Source of the DNA: an uncultured Planctomycetota bacterium
GTDB taxonomy: Bacteria > Planctomycetota > Phycisphaerae > Sedimentisphaerales > Anaerobacaceae
NCBI GenBank assembly: GCA_963827315.1
Contig: CAWHAL010000004.1
Location: forward strand, 221,829 to 285,828
Reading direction: 5' to 3'
DNA: 64,000 nt
Part shown: one piece after another, positions 1-11,684 of the stretch
Position numbering within the stretch: the first letter of the stretch is position 1
Layout: each line of letters starts with the position of its first letter
Made by a program: the position numbers and the translations under genes
The notes under the pieces: generated by a model
What the model was told of the DNA's origin: nothing
Databases searched by the model: none
What the model saw: the letters and a program-made list of their open reading frames with translations, nothing else

Positions 1-1
1 G

Positions 2-400
2 GCCAATTACTCAAACCTCGTCCCGGCCGTTTCGGGCCTCTTGGCTGTTTTGGTTGTGCCCCTTCTTTTTTGTTTCAGGAAGACAATTGCTTATGGTTAT
101 GTTTTAAACGGATTTCTGGTTATTACAGGCACTATTACAATGGCCCATTTTTCAATTGCTCACTGGCCTAATCCGACGACGGTACAGGCGGTTCTTTTGA
201 ACACGACATTGGCTGATATACTGATTTTGTGGAGTAAATTTTTTGTTGGAAAGTCTCTCTTTGATTTGGAATTCTTCGGTTATGAAGCAGCCAGAGAGAA
301 AAAAGGCAAAACATTTCGTTATCCCAATATGGGATGGTGGTTTGTCCACTTGGCGGCAGTAAGCATTGTATATTATCTTGGCCATATTTTGTGGAGGTAG
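2..400 (+). CDS. hypothetical integral membrane protein, 5' partial (frame open to window edge)
   Basis: No stop in this frame from nt 2 to 400 (ORF track lists 41..400). Hydrophobic helices LLAVLVVPLLFCF, LNGFLVITGTITMAHF and WWFVHLAAVSIVYYLG. No family recognised. Confidence 0.35.
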   Translation, partial: ANYSNLVPAVSGLLAVLVVPLLFCFRKTIAYGYVLNGFLVITGTITMAHFSIAHWPNPTTVQAVLLNTTLADILILWSKFFVGKSLFDLEFFGYEAAREKKGKTFRYPNMGWWFVHLAAVSIVYYLGHILWR

Positions 401-538
401 ATATGAATCAGTTCAGGATGTTCACATTGAATTGGTGGATACTTCACATCTTGGCAATAATATTTTTCCTTTACCTTGGTCATGCGGTTCACTTTTGATT
501 TGCTTATTTTTTGCCGGGATAAAAGATACCTGGGATTC

Positions 539-1486
539 TTAGCGGACAAACCAGGAACCGATTCGCAACAGGAGTTTTTTGCCGAGGCCTTCAATTGCGT
601 AGGAAGTTGCTTTCATTGTCGCCTTTATTGCCTTGCGTACATCGCCGGCTGCTGAATTTGGGCCGATGATACTGTTCATAATATTGGCTGTTTCGTTGAT
701 TTCGTATTCGTAGCCTCTTACTATCGCAGCGGGAATGCCAGCATTTATCTGCCCAAACACAAGGGCTGAAGCAGCGGTTAACTCGTATGCTATGATGTCC
801 ATCCCGCCGAATTTAGGCTTGCCGAACAAATCCTTTTTGGCGAACATTTTCGCCCTCGGCTCAATGCCGGACGAACCGACCGCAAAATCCATTGTTCCAA
901 AAGGTATCATTTCGGTATCAGCCAGGATTACCGCCACCTGTCTGCCGCAGAGTCGTTGAATTTGTTCTCGTATTTCTTTCGCTGCTTTGTCCGGGTCTTC
1001 CGGCAAAAAGCTGACCACTCCCGGCGGATGGTTCGAGCCGTCTATCCCTGAATCGCTGGTATAAATTCGGCCGTCTTTGCCGAGGGTTATGCAGTTAGCT
1101 TGCTCGTGCTCGATAAGCTCTTTGCAGGCTTCCATATCTTCGGACGAATTCTTAATGTGCTGCTCGACAATTCCTTTGAGCGGCATAATCGCCAGTATCT
1201 TGTGACCTTTATCGAAAATCATTTGCAGCCATTTGGCGTCTTTTCCGGTTTTTCGCGATATCGACAGAGCTTTTTTCCCGGGCTTAACGTCGCTGAGTTT
1301 CTTTGTCAAGCCCGCCGCCTTTGATACAATCTTGCTGGTCAAAATGACAATGTCTTTTTCCTGCAGGCCTCCGATTTCACGGTCCGCACATTTGGTGATA
1401 ATCTCCGGCAGATTGTCTCCCTGCTTAATCTCCGGCACGCTCTGCAAACCTAATACTTCTATCTTTTTCATTGATATCCTGCCCAT
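539..1486 (-). CDS. cofE: F420-0:gamma-glutamyl ligase-like protein (CofE / FbiB N-domain family)
   Basis: 315-aa ORF. Motifs IVILTSKIVSKAAG, SGIDGSN, FLPEDPDKAAKEIR, AVILADTE and IPAAIVRGYEY match the CofE fold as I remember it. Confidence 0.7.
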   Translation of the reverse strand: MGRISMKKIEVLGLQSVPEIKQGDNLPEIITKCADREIGGLQEKDIVILTSKIVSKAAGLTKKLSDVKPGKKALSISRKTGKDAKWLQMIFDKGHKILAIMPLKGIVEQHIKNSSEDMEACKELIEHEQANCITLGKDGRIYTSDSGIDGSNHPPGVVSFLPEDPDKAAKEIREQIQRLCGRQVAVILADTEMIPFGTMDFAVGSSGIEPRAKMFAKKDLFGKPKFGGMDIIAYELTAASALVFGQINAGIPAAIVRGYEYEINETANIMNSIIGPNSAAGDVRKAIKATMKATSYAIEGLGKKLLLRIGSWFVR

Positions 1487-1508
1487 GCCGTTTGGCTACA
1501 CTTACCTG

Positions 1509-2240
1509 CTACGGCATGACATTGACGCGGTAGAGCGAACCACCCTTCATAGCGATATATTCCACTATTCCATCCTTCAAAAATATAGGCCCACACACAA
1601 TCCCGTCATACTCCGGCCCGGGCTGGCTGTCGACAACCACAAACCATTTGTTCACAAGCCATTTACTTCTCCGCGCCTCATACGCCACATGTTTGCCGTC
1701 GAGACTGAAGGTAATATCTCCAATCCCGTCATGTTCCGGCCCCGCCTGGCCGTCGACAACTACAAACCATTTGTTCACAAACCATTTATTCCTCCGTGCC
1801 CCATACGCCGCATGTTTGCCGTCGGGACTGAAGATAATACTTCCAATCCCGTCATGCTCCGGCCCCGCTTGGCTGTCGACAACCACGAACCATTTGTTTA
1901 CAAGCCATTTGCTTCTCCGCGCCCCATACGCCACATGTTTGCCGTCGAGACTAAAGGTAATATCTCCAATCCCATCATACTCCGGATCCGCTTGGCCGTC
2001 GATAACCACAATCCACTTCGCTCCGCGCTTCTCTGCCCAGGCAACACGACAGCCGTTAATAGTTTCTGACTTAGCAATATTAAAGCCTGAAGCAGGCACA
2101 CTACACAGATGCTGCTCCCGAATTTTTTCTATCTGGTTTGGCTCGGCATACACCGGCACAGCAGCGATGCCGAGCATCACAGCAATTAAAACCTGCGTCG
2201 GATTGATTGTGTTTTTTGTCATCATAATAAAACCCTCCAT
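1509..2240 (-). CDS. secreted repeat protein (PD40/TolB-like beta-propeller repeats)
   Basis: Signal peptide TQVLIAVMLGIAAVPVYAEP. Three full and some partial tandem 41-aa units (DGKHxAYGARRxKWxVNKWFVVVDxQxGPExDGIGxIxFSxDGKH), encoded by ~123-bp DNA repeats at about 1590-2010. Confidence 0.6.
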   Translation of the reverse strand: MEGFIMMTKNTINPTQVLIAVMLGIAAVPVYAEPNQIEKIREQHLCSVPASGFNIAKSETINGCRVAWAEKRGAKWIVVIDGQADPEYDGIGDITFSLDGKHVAYGARRSKWLVNKWFVVVDSQAGPEHDGIGSIIFSPDGKHAAYGARRNKWFVNKWFVVVDGQAGPEHDGIGDITFSLDGKHVAYEARRSKWLVNKWFVVVDSQPGPEYDGIVCGPIFLKDGIVEYIAMKGGSLYRVNVMP

Positions 2241-2317
2241 GCATCTTTTTCAAAATCTCTGGTGCCCGGCAAACGCTGAATGCATAATTAATAATAGTGT
2301 TTGACAACTCAATTTGT

Positions 2318-3411
2318 CTATCGTTTTTTTGAAAAGCCGGTAATTCTAACATCGTCGCCGAAACGCTTAACATCAACATAATGCAGACCGACTGTCTCGT
2401 TCAATTCAGCCATAGGCTGTGTTATATAGACGCTTCCCCGTGAGCCGAGTATTTTCGGGGCGATGTAAACGCAGACTTCATCGGCCAGACCCTGCTTCAA
2501 AAATGATGTTATAACCGTTGCTCCGCCTTCAACAAGTATTTGCTGAATATCTCTTTGGGCAAGTTTGGTAAGGACGGTTTTAAGGTTGCATTTGCCTTTA
2601 ACGGAGGGGACGGCGATAACTTCTGCTCCTTTTTTCTTCAGCAGTAGAATTTTTTTATTATTTCTATTTGTTGTGAATACAAGTGCCGGTGCTTTTTTTA
2701 CGGTTTTGATTAGATTGCAGTTTAGCGGGATTTTTAACTGGCTGTCGAGGACAACCCTGATAGGTTGATTGCCCGTATCAGGTCTTATGGTGAGTAGGGG
2801 GTTATCGGCAAGGACTGTATTTATGCCGACCAGGATTGCCTGTACCTTTCTTCGCAGTTTATGTGCATCTTTTCTGCTTTTTGAGTTGGTAATCCATCGT
2901 TTTTTGTCCTTTCGGGCAAGAAATCCATCTGTGCTCTGTGCCCATTTTATTATCACCCATGGTTTTTTTGTTTTGGCGAATTTGAAAAAAGGTGCGTTTA
3001 GATTTTGTGCTTCATTTTTGCAGATGCCAGTTACGATTTTTATACCTGCTTTTTTTAGGATTTTAAGACCTTTGCCGTTGACCTTTTTGGTTGGGTCTTT
3101 AGTTGCTGCCACGATTTTTTTTATGCCCGATTTTTTAATGGCGTCTGTGCATGGAGGGGTTTTGCCGTGGTGGCAGCAGGGTTCGAGCGTAACATACATT
3201 GTCGCGCCGTCGGCAGTTGCCCCTTTGCTCTTGCAATCCTGCAGTGCGTTTATTTCTGCGTGCGTGCCGCCGAATTTTCTGTGCCAGCCTTTACCGATGA
3301 TTTTATTGTTTTTTACTAAGACAGCTCCGACGGCAGGATTTGGTTCGACCTTTCCGATTCCTTTTTTGGCAAGAGCCAGGGCGATTTGCATGAATCTGGC
3401 ATCAGCACTCA

Positions 3412-3412
<1 letters not shown>
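2318..3412 (-). CDS. ribD: bifunctional riboflavin biosynthesis deaminase/reductase RibD
   Basis: Deaminase zinc motifs HAEINAL and TLEPCCHHGKTPPC. C-terminal reductase domain (IKWAQSTDG, ILVGINTVLADNP, LVEGGATV). Confidence 0.9.
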
Positions 3413-6212
<2,800 letters not shown>

Positions 6213-6262
6213 TTTAACTCCGACCACAAATGAATGCTTATTCCATTACCCCGTTGGCATAT

Positions 6263-6291
6263 ATTGTATCTGTTTAAGGGACAAATGTCAA
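6263..6291 (-). promoter_or_regulatory. sigma70-like promoter for the lipoprotein-ligA-ribD strand
   Basis: Minus strand reads TTGACA-N17-TACAAT, about 45 nt upstream of ATG 6212. Confidence 0.4.
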
Positions 6292-6402
6292 GAAAATTAC
6301 AGACCAGCCGTCGTCCTCTCCTTTTGGCGGCTGCAGGACGTCCAATATTCCTGCAGAAGGGGGGTATATTCTTGCGGAAAGCTAATACAACCGTTTGATT
6401 GG

Positions 6403-6437
6403 AATAAAACAAAAGGTCCCACTATTAGTGAGACCTT
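6403..6437 (-). terminator. intrinsic terminator downstream of the GIY-YIG gene
   Basis: 11-bp stem (AAGGTCCCACT / AGTGAGACCTT, 1 mismatch) with a 3-nt loop. On the minus strand it is followed by TTTTGTTTTATT. Confidence 0.5.
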
Positions 6438-6488
6438 GTTGAACACAGCTCCCTGAGCTGGGCGCACTTTGCTTCGCTCAGTGTAAAC

Positions 6489-6698
6489 TCACCTGCTGAA
6501 TTTTGCGATCAATTGCTCTTTTCTGGCTCTCGACCAACCTTTAATCTGTTTTTCTCTTTTAGCAGCCTGAGAGCCATCAGGAAACGTTTCTTGATACAGC
6601 AATTTCACGTTTCCGTGCCGACGCAGGCGTTTAGCCAAGTTGGTCGTTATTCCCGTATAGTAGTTATGCCCCTTTTGTATGATGTACGAGTGCCACAT
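6489..6698 (-). CDS. GIY-YIG nuclease superfamily protein (short stand-alone UPF0213-like)
   Basis: 69 aa. YIIQ..GHNYYTGITTNLAKRLRRH matches the GIY...YIG...R..H core. Confidence 0.6.
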   Translation of the reverse strand: MWHSYIIQKGHNYYTGITTNLAKRLRRHGNVKLLYQETFPDGSQAAKREKQIKGWSRARKEQLIAKFSR

Positions 6699-6734
6699 AA
6701 TCGCAAAATTCAGCGGTTCTCGCCCGCTTAGAAA

Positions 6735-6771
6735 GTCAAAAAGATTCCACCCCGAAGGACGGAATCTTTTT
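6735..6771 (-). terminator. intrinsic terminator 3' of tRNA-Asn
   Basis: Stem AAGATTCC/GGAATCTT. On the minus strand the apical CC-UUCG-GG forms a tetraloop and the stem is followed by TTTTTGAC. Confidence 0.55.
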
Positions 6772-6775
6772 GAAC

Positions 6776-6847
6776 TCCCCGAGCTGGACTCGAACCAGCA
6801 ACCTAGCGGTTAACAGCCGCTCGCTCTACCGATTGAGCTATCGGGGA
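6776..6847 (-). tRNA. tRNA-Asn (anticodon GUU)
   Basis: Hand-folded 72-nt cloverleaf. Acceptor TCCCCGA/TCGGGGA, D arm GCTC..GAGC, anticodon arm AGCGG-CTGTTAA-CCGCT, T arm GCTGG-TTCGAGT-CCAGC. No encoded CCA. Confidence 0.9.
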
Positions 6848-7046
6848 AGCTAAAATCGGTTTTCTACGAGTGTTTTTAATGTATCCGCTCATTATTGACT
6901 GTTGGTAATCAAAAATCAATCTTTTTTGCGCTTGAAGCCCTGAAAATCACCATAATACTGGACAGCCAGCCGATTATATTATAAAATGCTGGTTTCGTAA
7001 AAGTGGAAGGATAGCAGATTGTTGAGTTTCAGGTTGTTACGCGTAT

Positions 7047-7907
7047 ATGGCTAAGGACATACTCGATATAGGCGGTTTTACCATAATAAAGCGGATCGGC
7101 ACCGGTGCGCGCAGCACGATTTATCTGGCGACCGATGAGCAGAGCGGCTCAAATGTCGCCTTAAAACGAGTAATCTTCGAAAGGCCTGAGGACACCAGGA
7201 TATTCGAGCAGGTAGTGACCGAATACAAAGTAGCACGCCGGATGGACCATCCTTACGTCCGCAAGTGTTACAAGCTCAGAAAAATACGCAACATAGTTAA
7301 GGCAAAAGAGCTGCTGCTTTCTATGGAGTATTTTGACGGTGAGTCGCTTGAGGACAGTCCGACTTTGAGTTTAATTGATGTGCTGCTCGTATTCAGGATG
7401 GTTGCAGACGGCCTTAATGCTATGCATCAGCAGGGCTTTGTGCACTGCGATATTAAGCCGAATAACATCCTTCTAAGCAAAGCGGGTGCAATTAGAATCA
7501 TAGACCTCGGCCAGAGCTGTAAAATCGGAACAGTTAAGCAGCGTATTCAGGGCACACCCGACTATATCGCGCCGGAGCAGGTCCAGCGCAAGCCGCTCAG
7601 ACCGAAAACCGATGTTTTCAACCTCGGTGCTACGATGTATTGGGCCATTACGGGCCGCAATGTCCCGACCCTGATACCGAAAAAGGACAAATTCGGCCTG
7701 CCGATACCCCAGCAGCTAAGAGCGCCGCACGAGGTCAGAGAAAAGATACCTCTTGGCATCTCAAAACTTGTAATGGATTGCATAGAGAACGAACCTTCCC
7801 AGCGTCCTCGCGACATGTCGGCCGTCATATCCAGATTGGACCTGCTGATACACAGTATTTTGGTCAGCAAAACAAAAGCAGATAACAATGCCTCACACGA
7901 TAGTTGA
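7047..7907 (+). CDS. Hanks-type serine/threonine protein kinase (kinase domain only)
   Basis: Gly-loop IGTGARSTIY, VALK, catalytic HCDIKPNNILL, DLGQS, GTPDYIAPE. Confidence 0.85.
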   Translation: MAKDILDIGGFTIIKRIGTGARSTIYLATDEQSGSNVALKRVIFERPEDTRIFEQVVTEYKVARRMDHPYVRKCYKLRKIRNIVKAKELLLSMEYFDGESLEDSPTLSLIDVLLVFRMVADGLNAMHQQGFVHCDIKPNNILLSKAGAIRIIDLGQSCKIGTVKQRIQGTPDYIAPEQVQRKPLRPKTDVFNLGATMYWAITGRNVPTLIPKKDKFGLPIPQQLRAPHEVREKIPLGISKLVMDCIENEPSQRPRDMSAVISRLDLLIHSILVSKTKADNNASHDS

Positions 7908-8736
7908 TTTGCTTGACAGGGCCGCACAAGCCAATCAAACCGACCAGTTTCGGCACGGCAGTTTAATCTCCCTGCCCGCCCGCGGCAGCCTGATTGCAGC
8001 CGGCGATATCCACGGCCACCGGCGGAATTTCGAAAGGCTCGTCGCCTTCGCCGACCTTGACAACAATCCCGGCCGACACCTTGTCCTCCAGGAAATCATA
8101 CACGGAGGCCCTACGGATTCCGAGATGGGCTGCCTGTCTTACGAGCTGCTCTTTGATGTCGCACGGTACAAGTTAAACTACGCCGACCGTGTTCATATTA
8201 TTATGGGTAATCACGACATCGCTTTTATAACCAACAGCGAAGTAATCAAAGACAGTAGAGAAATGAACCGTTCGATGCGGCTGGCACTCGCTCGCCGGTT
8301 CGCAGACGACAGTCCACAAATCGAGCAGGCAATGAGCCGCTTCCTGTTATCGCAGCCGTTGGCTGTCAGATGCGATAACAGAATATGGCTGTCACATTCG
8401 CTTCCCGGCGACCGATACCTTGATAAATTTGACCATCAGGTTATGCACAGAAAGCTCGAAGCCAAAGACTGCGAAAAGCCAGGCTCGGCGTATCTATTGA
8501 CCTGGGGCAGAAACATCAGCGAGGCAACGTTGGGTACAGTCGCACAGTTATTCGATGTCGATATTTTTATCCTTGGGCATCAATCACAACCTGAGGGATG
8601 GACTAAGGTCGGGGAAAATTGCATAATTATCGCTTCCGACCACAGCCATGGGTGTCTGTTGCCGATTGACCTCGCCGAACCCTGCACCGTTGACAAGCTG
8701 GTCGAGTCTATAGTGCCTTTGGCCTCTATTTCTTGA
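7888..8736 (+). CDS. metallophosphoesterase / PPP-family Ser/Thr phosphatase-like protein
   Basis: GDIHGH, GNHD and later His motifs. The ATG overlaps the kinase 3' end by 20 nt. Confidence 0.75.
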   Translation: MPHTIVDLLDRAAQANQTDQFRHGSLISLPARGSLIAAGDIHGHRRNFERLVAFADLDNNPGRHLVLQEIIHGGPTDSEMGCLSYELLFDVARYKLNYADRVHIIMGNHDIAFITNSEVIKDSREMNRSMRLALARRFADDSPQIEQAMSRFLLSQPLAVRCDNRIWLSHSLPGDRYLDKFDHQVMHRKLEAKDCEKPGSAYLLTWGRNISEATLGTVAQLFDVDIFILGHQSQPEGWTKVGENCIIIASDHSHGCLLPIDLAEPCTVDKLVESIVPLASIS

Positions 8737-8767
8737 GATAGGATTCTTGGTTAAATAGTCAATCGCT

Positions 8768-9982
8768 ATGCAATGGTATTTCTATATAGCCCTGGCCGTG
8801 ATATTGTCTCAGCTGGTCTTTCTTGCCCAGATGTGTCGTAACTACCAGTATGCACTGTCAAGGTACAAAAGAAAACGCCTGTCTTATCAGCCGAAGGTTG
8901 TTCTTATAGTGCCCTGCAAGGGGCTTGACCAGGATTTCGCAGGAAACATCACATCACTTTTTAATCAGGATTATAAAAATTATCTGTTGTGGTTTGTTGT
9001 TGCTGACGAATCGGACCCTGCTTACGCCGAGTTGTTCAGATTAAAGAATTCCCTTGTCCGGACCTCCGGAGCCAGGGATGTCCAGATTCACATCGCAGGT
9101 CAGGCGCAATCCTGTGGCCAGAAAAATCACAACCTGCTTCATTGCTATCGCAAAATCGGTAATGACGTCGAGGTAATGGCCTTCGCCGATTCCGACATTC
9201 GTGTCAACAGTGATTGGCTGAGTTACCTCGTTTACCCTCTCAGAAGGCCGAAAAATGGTGTAGCCAGCGGCTATCGCTGGTTCGTACCACAAAGAAACAA
9301 CCTCGCAACGCTGGCACTTTCAGCCGTCAACGCCAAAATCGCTCAATTACTTGGCGACACCATTTTCAACCAGGTCTGGGGAGGCTCTATGGCTGTCCGC
9401 GTCGATGTCTTTCGGCGATTGGGCATCGATAAAATCTGGGCAAACTCTTTGAGTGATGACCTGTCGCTCAGCACTGCCGTTAAAAAAGCCGGTCTGAAAG
9501 TCGCTTTTGTCCCTGCCTGCCTCGTTGCTTCCTGTAAGTCTACCACTTGGCCGGAACTTTTTGAGTTTGGCCGACGGGAGTTTCTTATCACCCGCGTAAA
9601 CGCCCCGAAGACCTGGTGGTTCGGATTATGCAGCAGTCTTTATTCGATACTCGGCCTGTGGGCCGGCGCCACGCTGGCCATTTACGCCGCAAGCATCGGA
9701 GATAAGAATCTGCCGCTCTTTGCCGCTGTCCCGATACTATTTTTTGCAAGCCAGTTGGTTCGAGCAATTCTCCGGCAGAAAATGATTGTCAAATTACTTG
9801 AGGCTGACGCAGCGAAAATGAAAGCCGCTGCCGCCGCCGATATTTTCTTTTTTTGGGTGTGGTCATTTCTGCTGCTGTTCTTTATTGTTTCCTCAGCATT
9901 TGGCAGAACTATCCGCTGGCGGGAAATACGTTATAGACTGCTGGGTCCGACTCGAACTATTGTACTCACCAAAGACCCGTAA
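8768..9982 (+). CDS. membrane glycosyltransferase, GT2/GT21-like (ceramide glucosyltransferase / HpnI-like)
   Basis: N-terminal TM helix, VLIVPCKGLD, FADSDI (DxD), GGSMAVR, DDLSLS, and C-terminal TM helices. Confidence 0.7.
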   Translation: MQWYFYIALAVILSQLVFLAQMCRNYQYALSRYKRKRLSYQPKVVLIVPCKGLDQDFAGNITSLFNQDYKNYLLWFVVADESDPAYAELFRLKNSLVRTSGARDVQIHIAGQAQSCGQKNHNLLHCYRKIGNDVEVMAFADSDIRVNSDWLSYLVYPLRRPKNGVASGYRWFVPQRNNLATLALSAVNAKIAQLLGDTIFNQVWGGSMAVRVDVFRRLGIDKIWANSLSDDLSLSTAVKKAGLKVAFVPACLVASCKSTTWPELFEFGRREFLITRVNAPKTWWFGLCSSLYSILGLWAGATLAIYAASIGDKNLPLFAAVPILFFASQLVRAILRQKMIVKLLEADAAKMKAAAAADIFFFWVWSFLLLFFIVSSAFGRTIRWREIRYRLLGPTRTIVLTKDP

Positions 9983-10045
9983 CCCTCGTCTCAGCGACGC
10001 CCATTGTTATTCCTGTGCAGGGTTGTCGCCTCTGCGGATGATTTC

Positions 10046-10987
10046 CTATCTCTGTTGTTTGCGCAGCTGGTTCACCGGCGCTAGGTCGTCAGTGAGTGTT
10101 TTTGCGTGTGAGCCTGGGCGTATGTTAGGCTGCAGTTGCTCCGCGACCATCCGCATATCAAAAGCTAACTTGTGCTTGCGCTGCAGCACCTTCGCCTGGT
10201 CCACAGCTTTTTTGACAGTAAGCATCGGGCTGGTCGGCCCGGGTGCTACCAGCATAGCATTCGTGGAATAAACACCAAAAAATGCCTGGCACCGCCCGAA
10301 GACAGCTAAGAAGGTCGCAAGTTCCGCATCGAAAAGACGGTTGGAGTAAAATACATTCGCAATGACCACGCCGTCCTCAGCCAGTATTCCTTTTACCTCC
10401 TCAAGGAACTCCTTCGTCATCAGGTGGAACGGGACATAGTCACTGTTGAATGCGTCCAGTATAATGAGGTCGTACTTCGGCACAGGGTCAAGGCGGAGCT
10501 GCTTTTTAATAAACATTCGGCCGTCGTCGATGTGAACCCTTAGCTTATCGTCCTCGCAGAAGCCAAAAAACCGCTTTGCTATCAGTGGAATCTCAGGGTC
10601 TATTTCCACCACATCAATCTCAGTCGACGGGAAATAATGGTGCATCTCCCGCGGTATTACTCCGCCCCCAAGCCCCAGTACAAGCATCTTTTCCGGCTCC
10701 GGCTCATACAGCAGCCCACAGAAAGCCAAACTGGTATATTCCAGCATATGCTGCCGTAAATCATTCAGGTTAACCTGGCTCTGCGCCGGCACGTTAGACC
10801 GTTTGCCGAATTGAAGAGTTACAACAGACTGGTGTTGGTAAACAAATATGCGGTGATAGAGCGAATTTTTTTCGTGAACCAGTTGGCCGAACTGGCCGGC
10901 GGCTGCCACAGGAACAAACAGCAGTTGCCAAAAGGCCGCAACGCAAAAAATCAAGGTTAGGGTCGCCTTGCGCATCCTGTTTTCCAT
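10046..10987 (-). CDS. spermidine synthase-like (SpeE-fold) protein
   Basis: SLYHRIFVYQ, LVLGLGGGVIPREM, DVVEIDPEI, IILDAFNSD. Start set at ATG 10987 (AGGAAA 7 nt upstream). The ORF track start at 11014 overlaps the upstream gene. Confidence 0.7.
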   Translation of the reverse strand: MENRMRKATLTLIFCVAAFWQLLFVPVAAAGQFGQLVHEKNSLYHRIFVYQHQSVVTLQFGKRSNVPAQSQVNLNDLRQHMLEYTSLAFCGLLYEPEPEKMLVLGLGGGVIPREMHHYFPSTEIDVVEIDPEIPLIAKRFFGFCEDDKLRVHIDDGRMFIKKQLRLDPVPKYDLIILDAFNSDYVPFHLMTKEFLEEVKGILAEDGVVIANVFYSNRLFDAELATFLAVFGRCQAFFGVYSTNAMLVAPGPTSPMLTVKKAVDQAKVLQRKHKLAFDMRMVAEQLQPNIRPGSHAKTLTDDLAPVNQLRKQQR

Positions 10988-10997
10988 CGCCGGTTTC

Positions 10998-11675
10998 CTA
11001 CATAGTCGCCTCATCTTTGGTACCAGCGCTCTTTCTACCCTGCGTGGCTGCCTGCAACAGAATCGTTACACCCAGAGCTGCCAGGACAACCCCCGAGACA
11101 AGGATTGTACGCTGCGTAGAAAGAAGCACAAGGTAGAATGCGGTTACCACGCAGCCCGCGAAGCTGGCCACCGTCGAGAGCGCAAGAACCAGCCCCGTAT
11201 TGAGTCCGGAATCGCTCGCTCGTGTTGTCAGCCAGCGCACCGCCGTGGGCGAAACCGTCCCGAGCAGCAGGGTCGGCCCGCCGAACAGAATAAGGGCAGC
11301 TAAAAGAGAGCCCCATTTCTCGTCCAACCCAATATTGAATATCCCGTCGCACACAGGCTCTGTGAAAAAAGGCATAGCGCACAGCCACGCGCCCGCCGCA
11401 ATCAGGCTGCCCCCCAGCATCAGTTTGCTGCTGGCTTTTCTGGAAAGCCATCCGCCGAGCATATAACCAGCCGAAAGGCTGAGCAGGAAAACCCCGATTA
11501 CGCTGCCCATTACCACATATACAGCACTGCCAAAATATGGGGCGAGCACTCGAACTGCGAGGATTTCCATTTCCATCACGAACCAGCCGCAGCCGCACGC
11601 GATAAGGACTATCGCTACGGCCCGCAGCTTTCGCCCATTTTCCCAGTCTGCATTTTTGGATGATTGATGCCCCAT
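10998..11675 (-). CDS. polytopic membrane protein resembling the N-terminal domain of fused MFS/spermidine-synthase proteins
   Basis: About 6 TM helices. The motif ILAVRVLAPYFGSAVYVVMGSVIGVFLLSLSAGYMLGG is typical of the membrane part of fused SpeE-like proteins (memory). Confidence 0.6.
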   Translation of the reverse strand: MGHQSSKNADWENGRKLRAVAIVLIACGCGWFVMEMEILAVRVLAPYFGSAVYVVMGSVIGVFLLSLSAGYMLGGWLSRKASSKLMLGGSLIAAGAWLCAMPFFTEPVCDGIFNIGLDEKWGSLLAALILFGGPTLLLGTVSPTAVRWLTTRASDSGLNTGLVLALSTVASFAGCVVTAFYLVLLSTQRTILVSGVVLAALGVTILLQAATQGRKSAGTKDEATM

Positions 11676-11684
11676 CTAAGCGGC

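Noticed and set aside
1233-2304. Long plus-strand ORFs (278 aa and 218 aa) overlapping the repeat-protein gene
   Set aside because: They are antisense shadows created by the 123-bp tandem repeats. Their products are repetitive and Pro/Arg/His-rich, with no signal or start context. The minus-strand frame has a signal peptide and coherent PD40-like blades.
11035-11598. 187-aa alternative-frame ORF within the membrane SpeE-partner gene
   Set aside because: It is on the same strand but out of frame with the hydrophobic, family-matching frame. Its product is Arg/Gly/Cys-rich.
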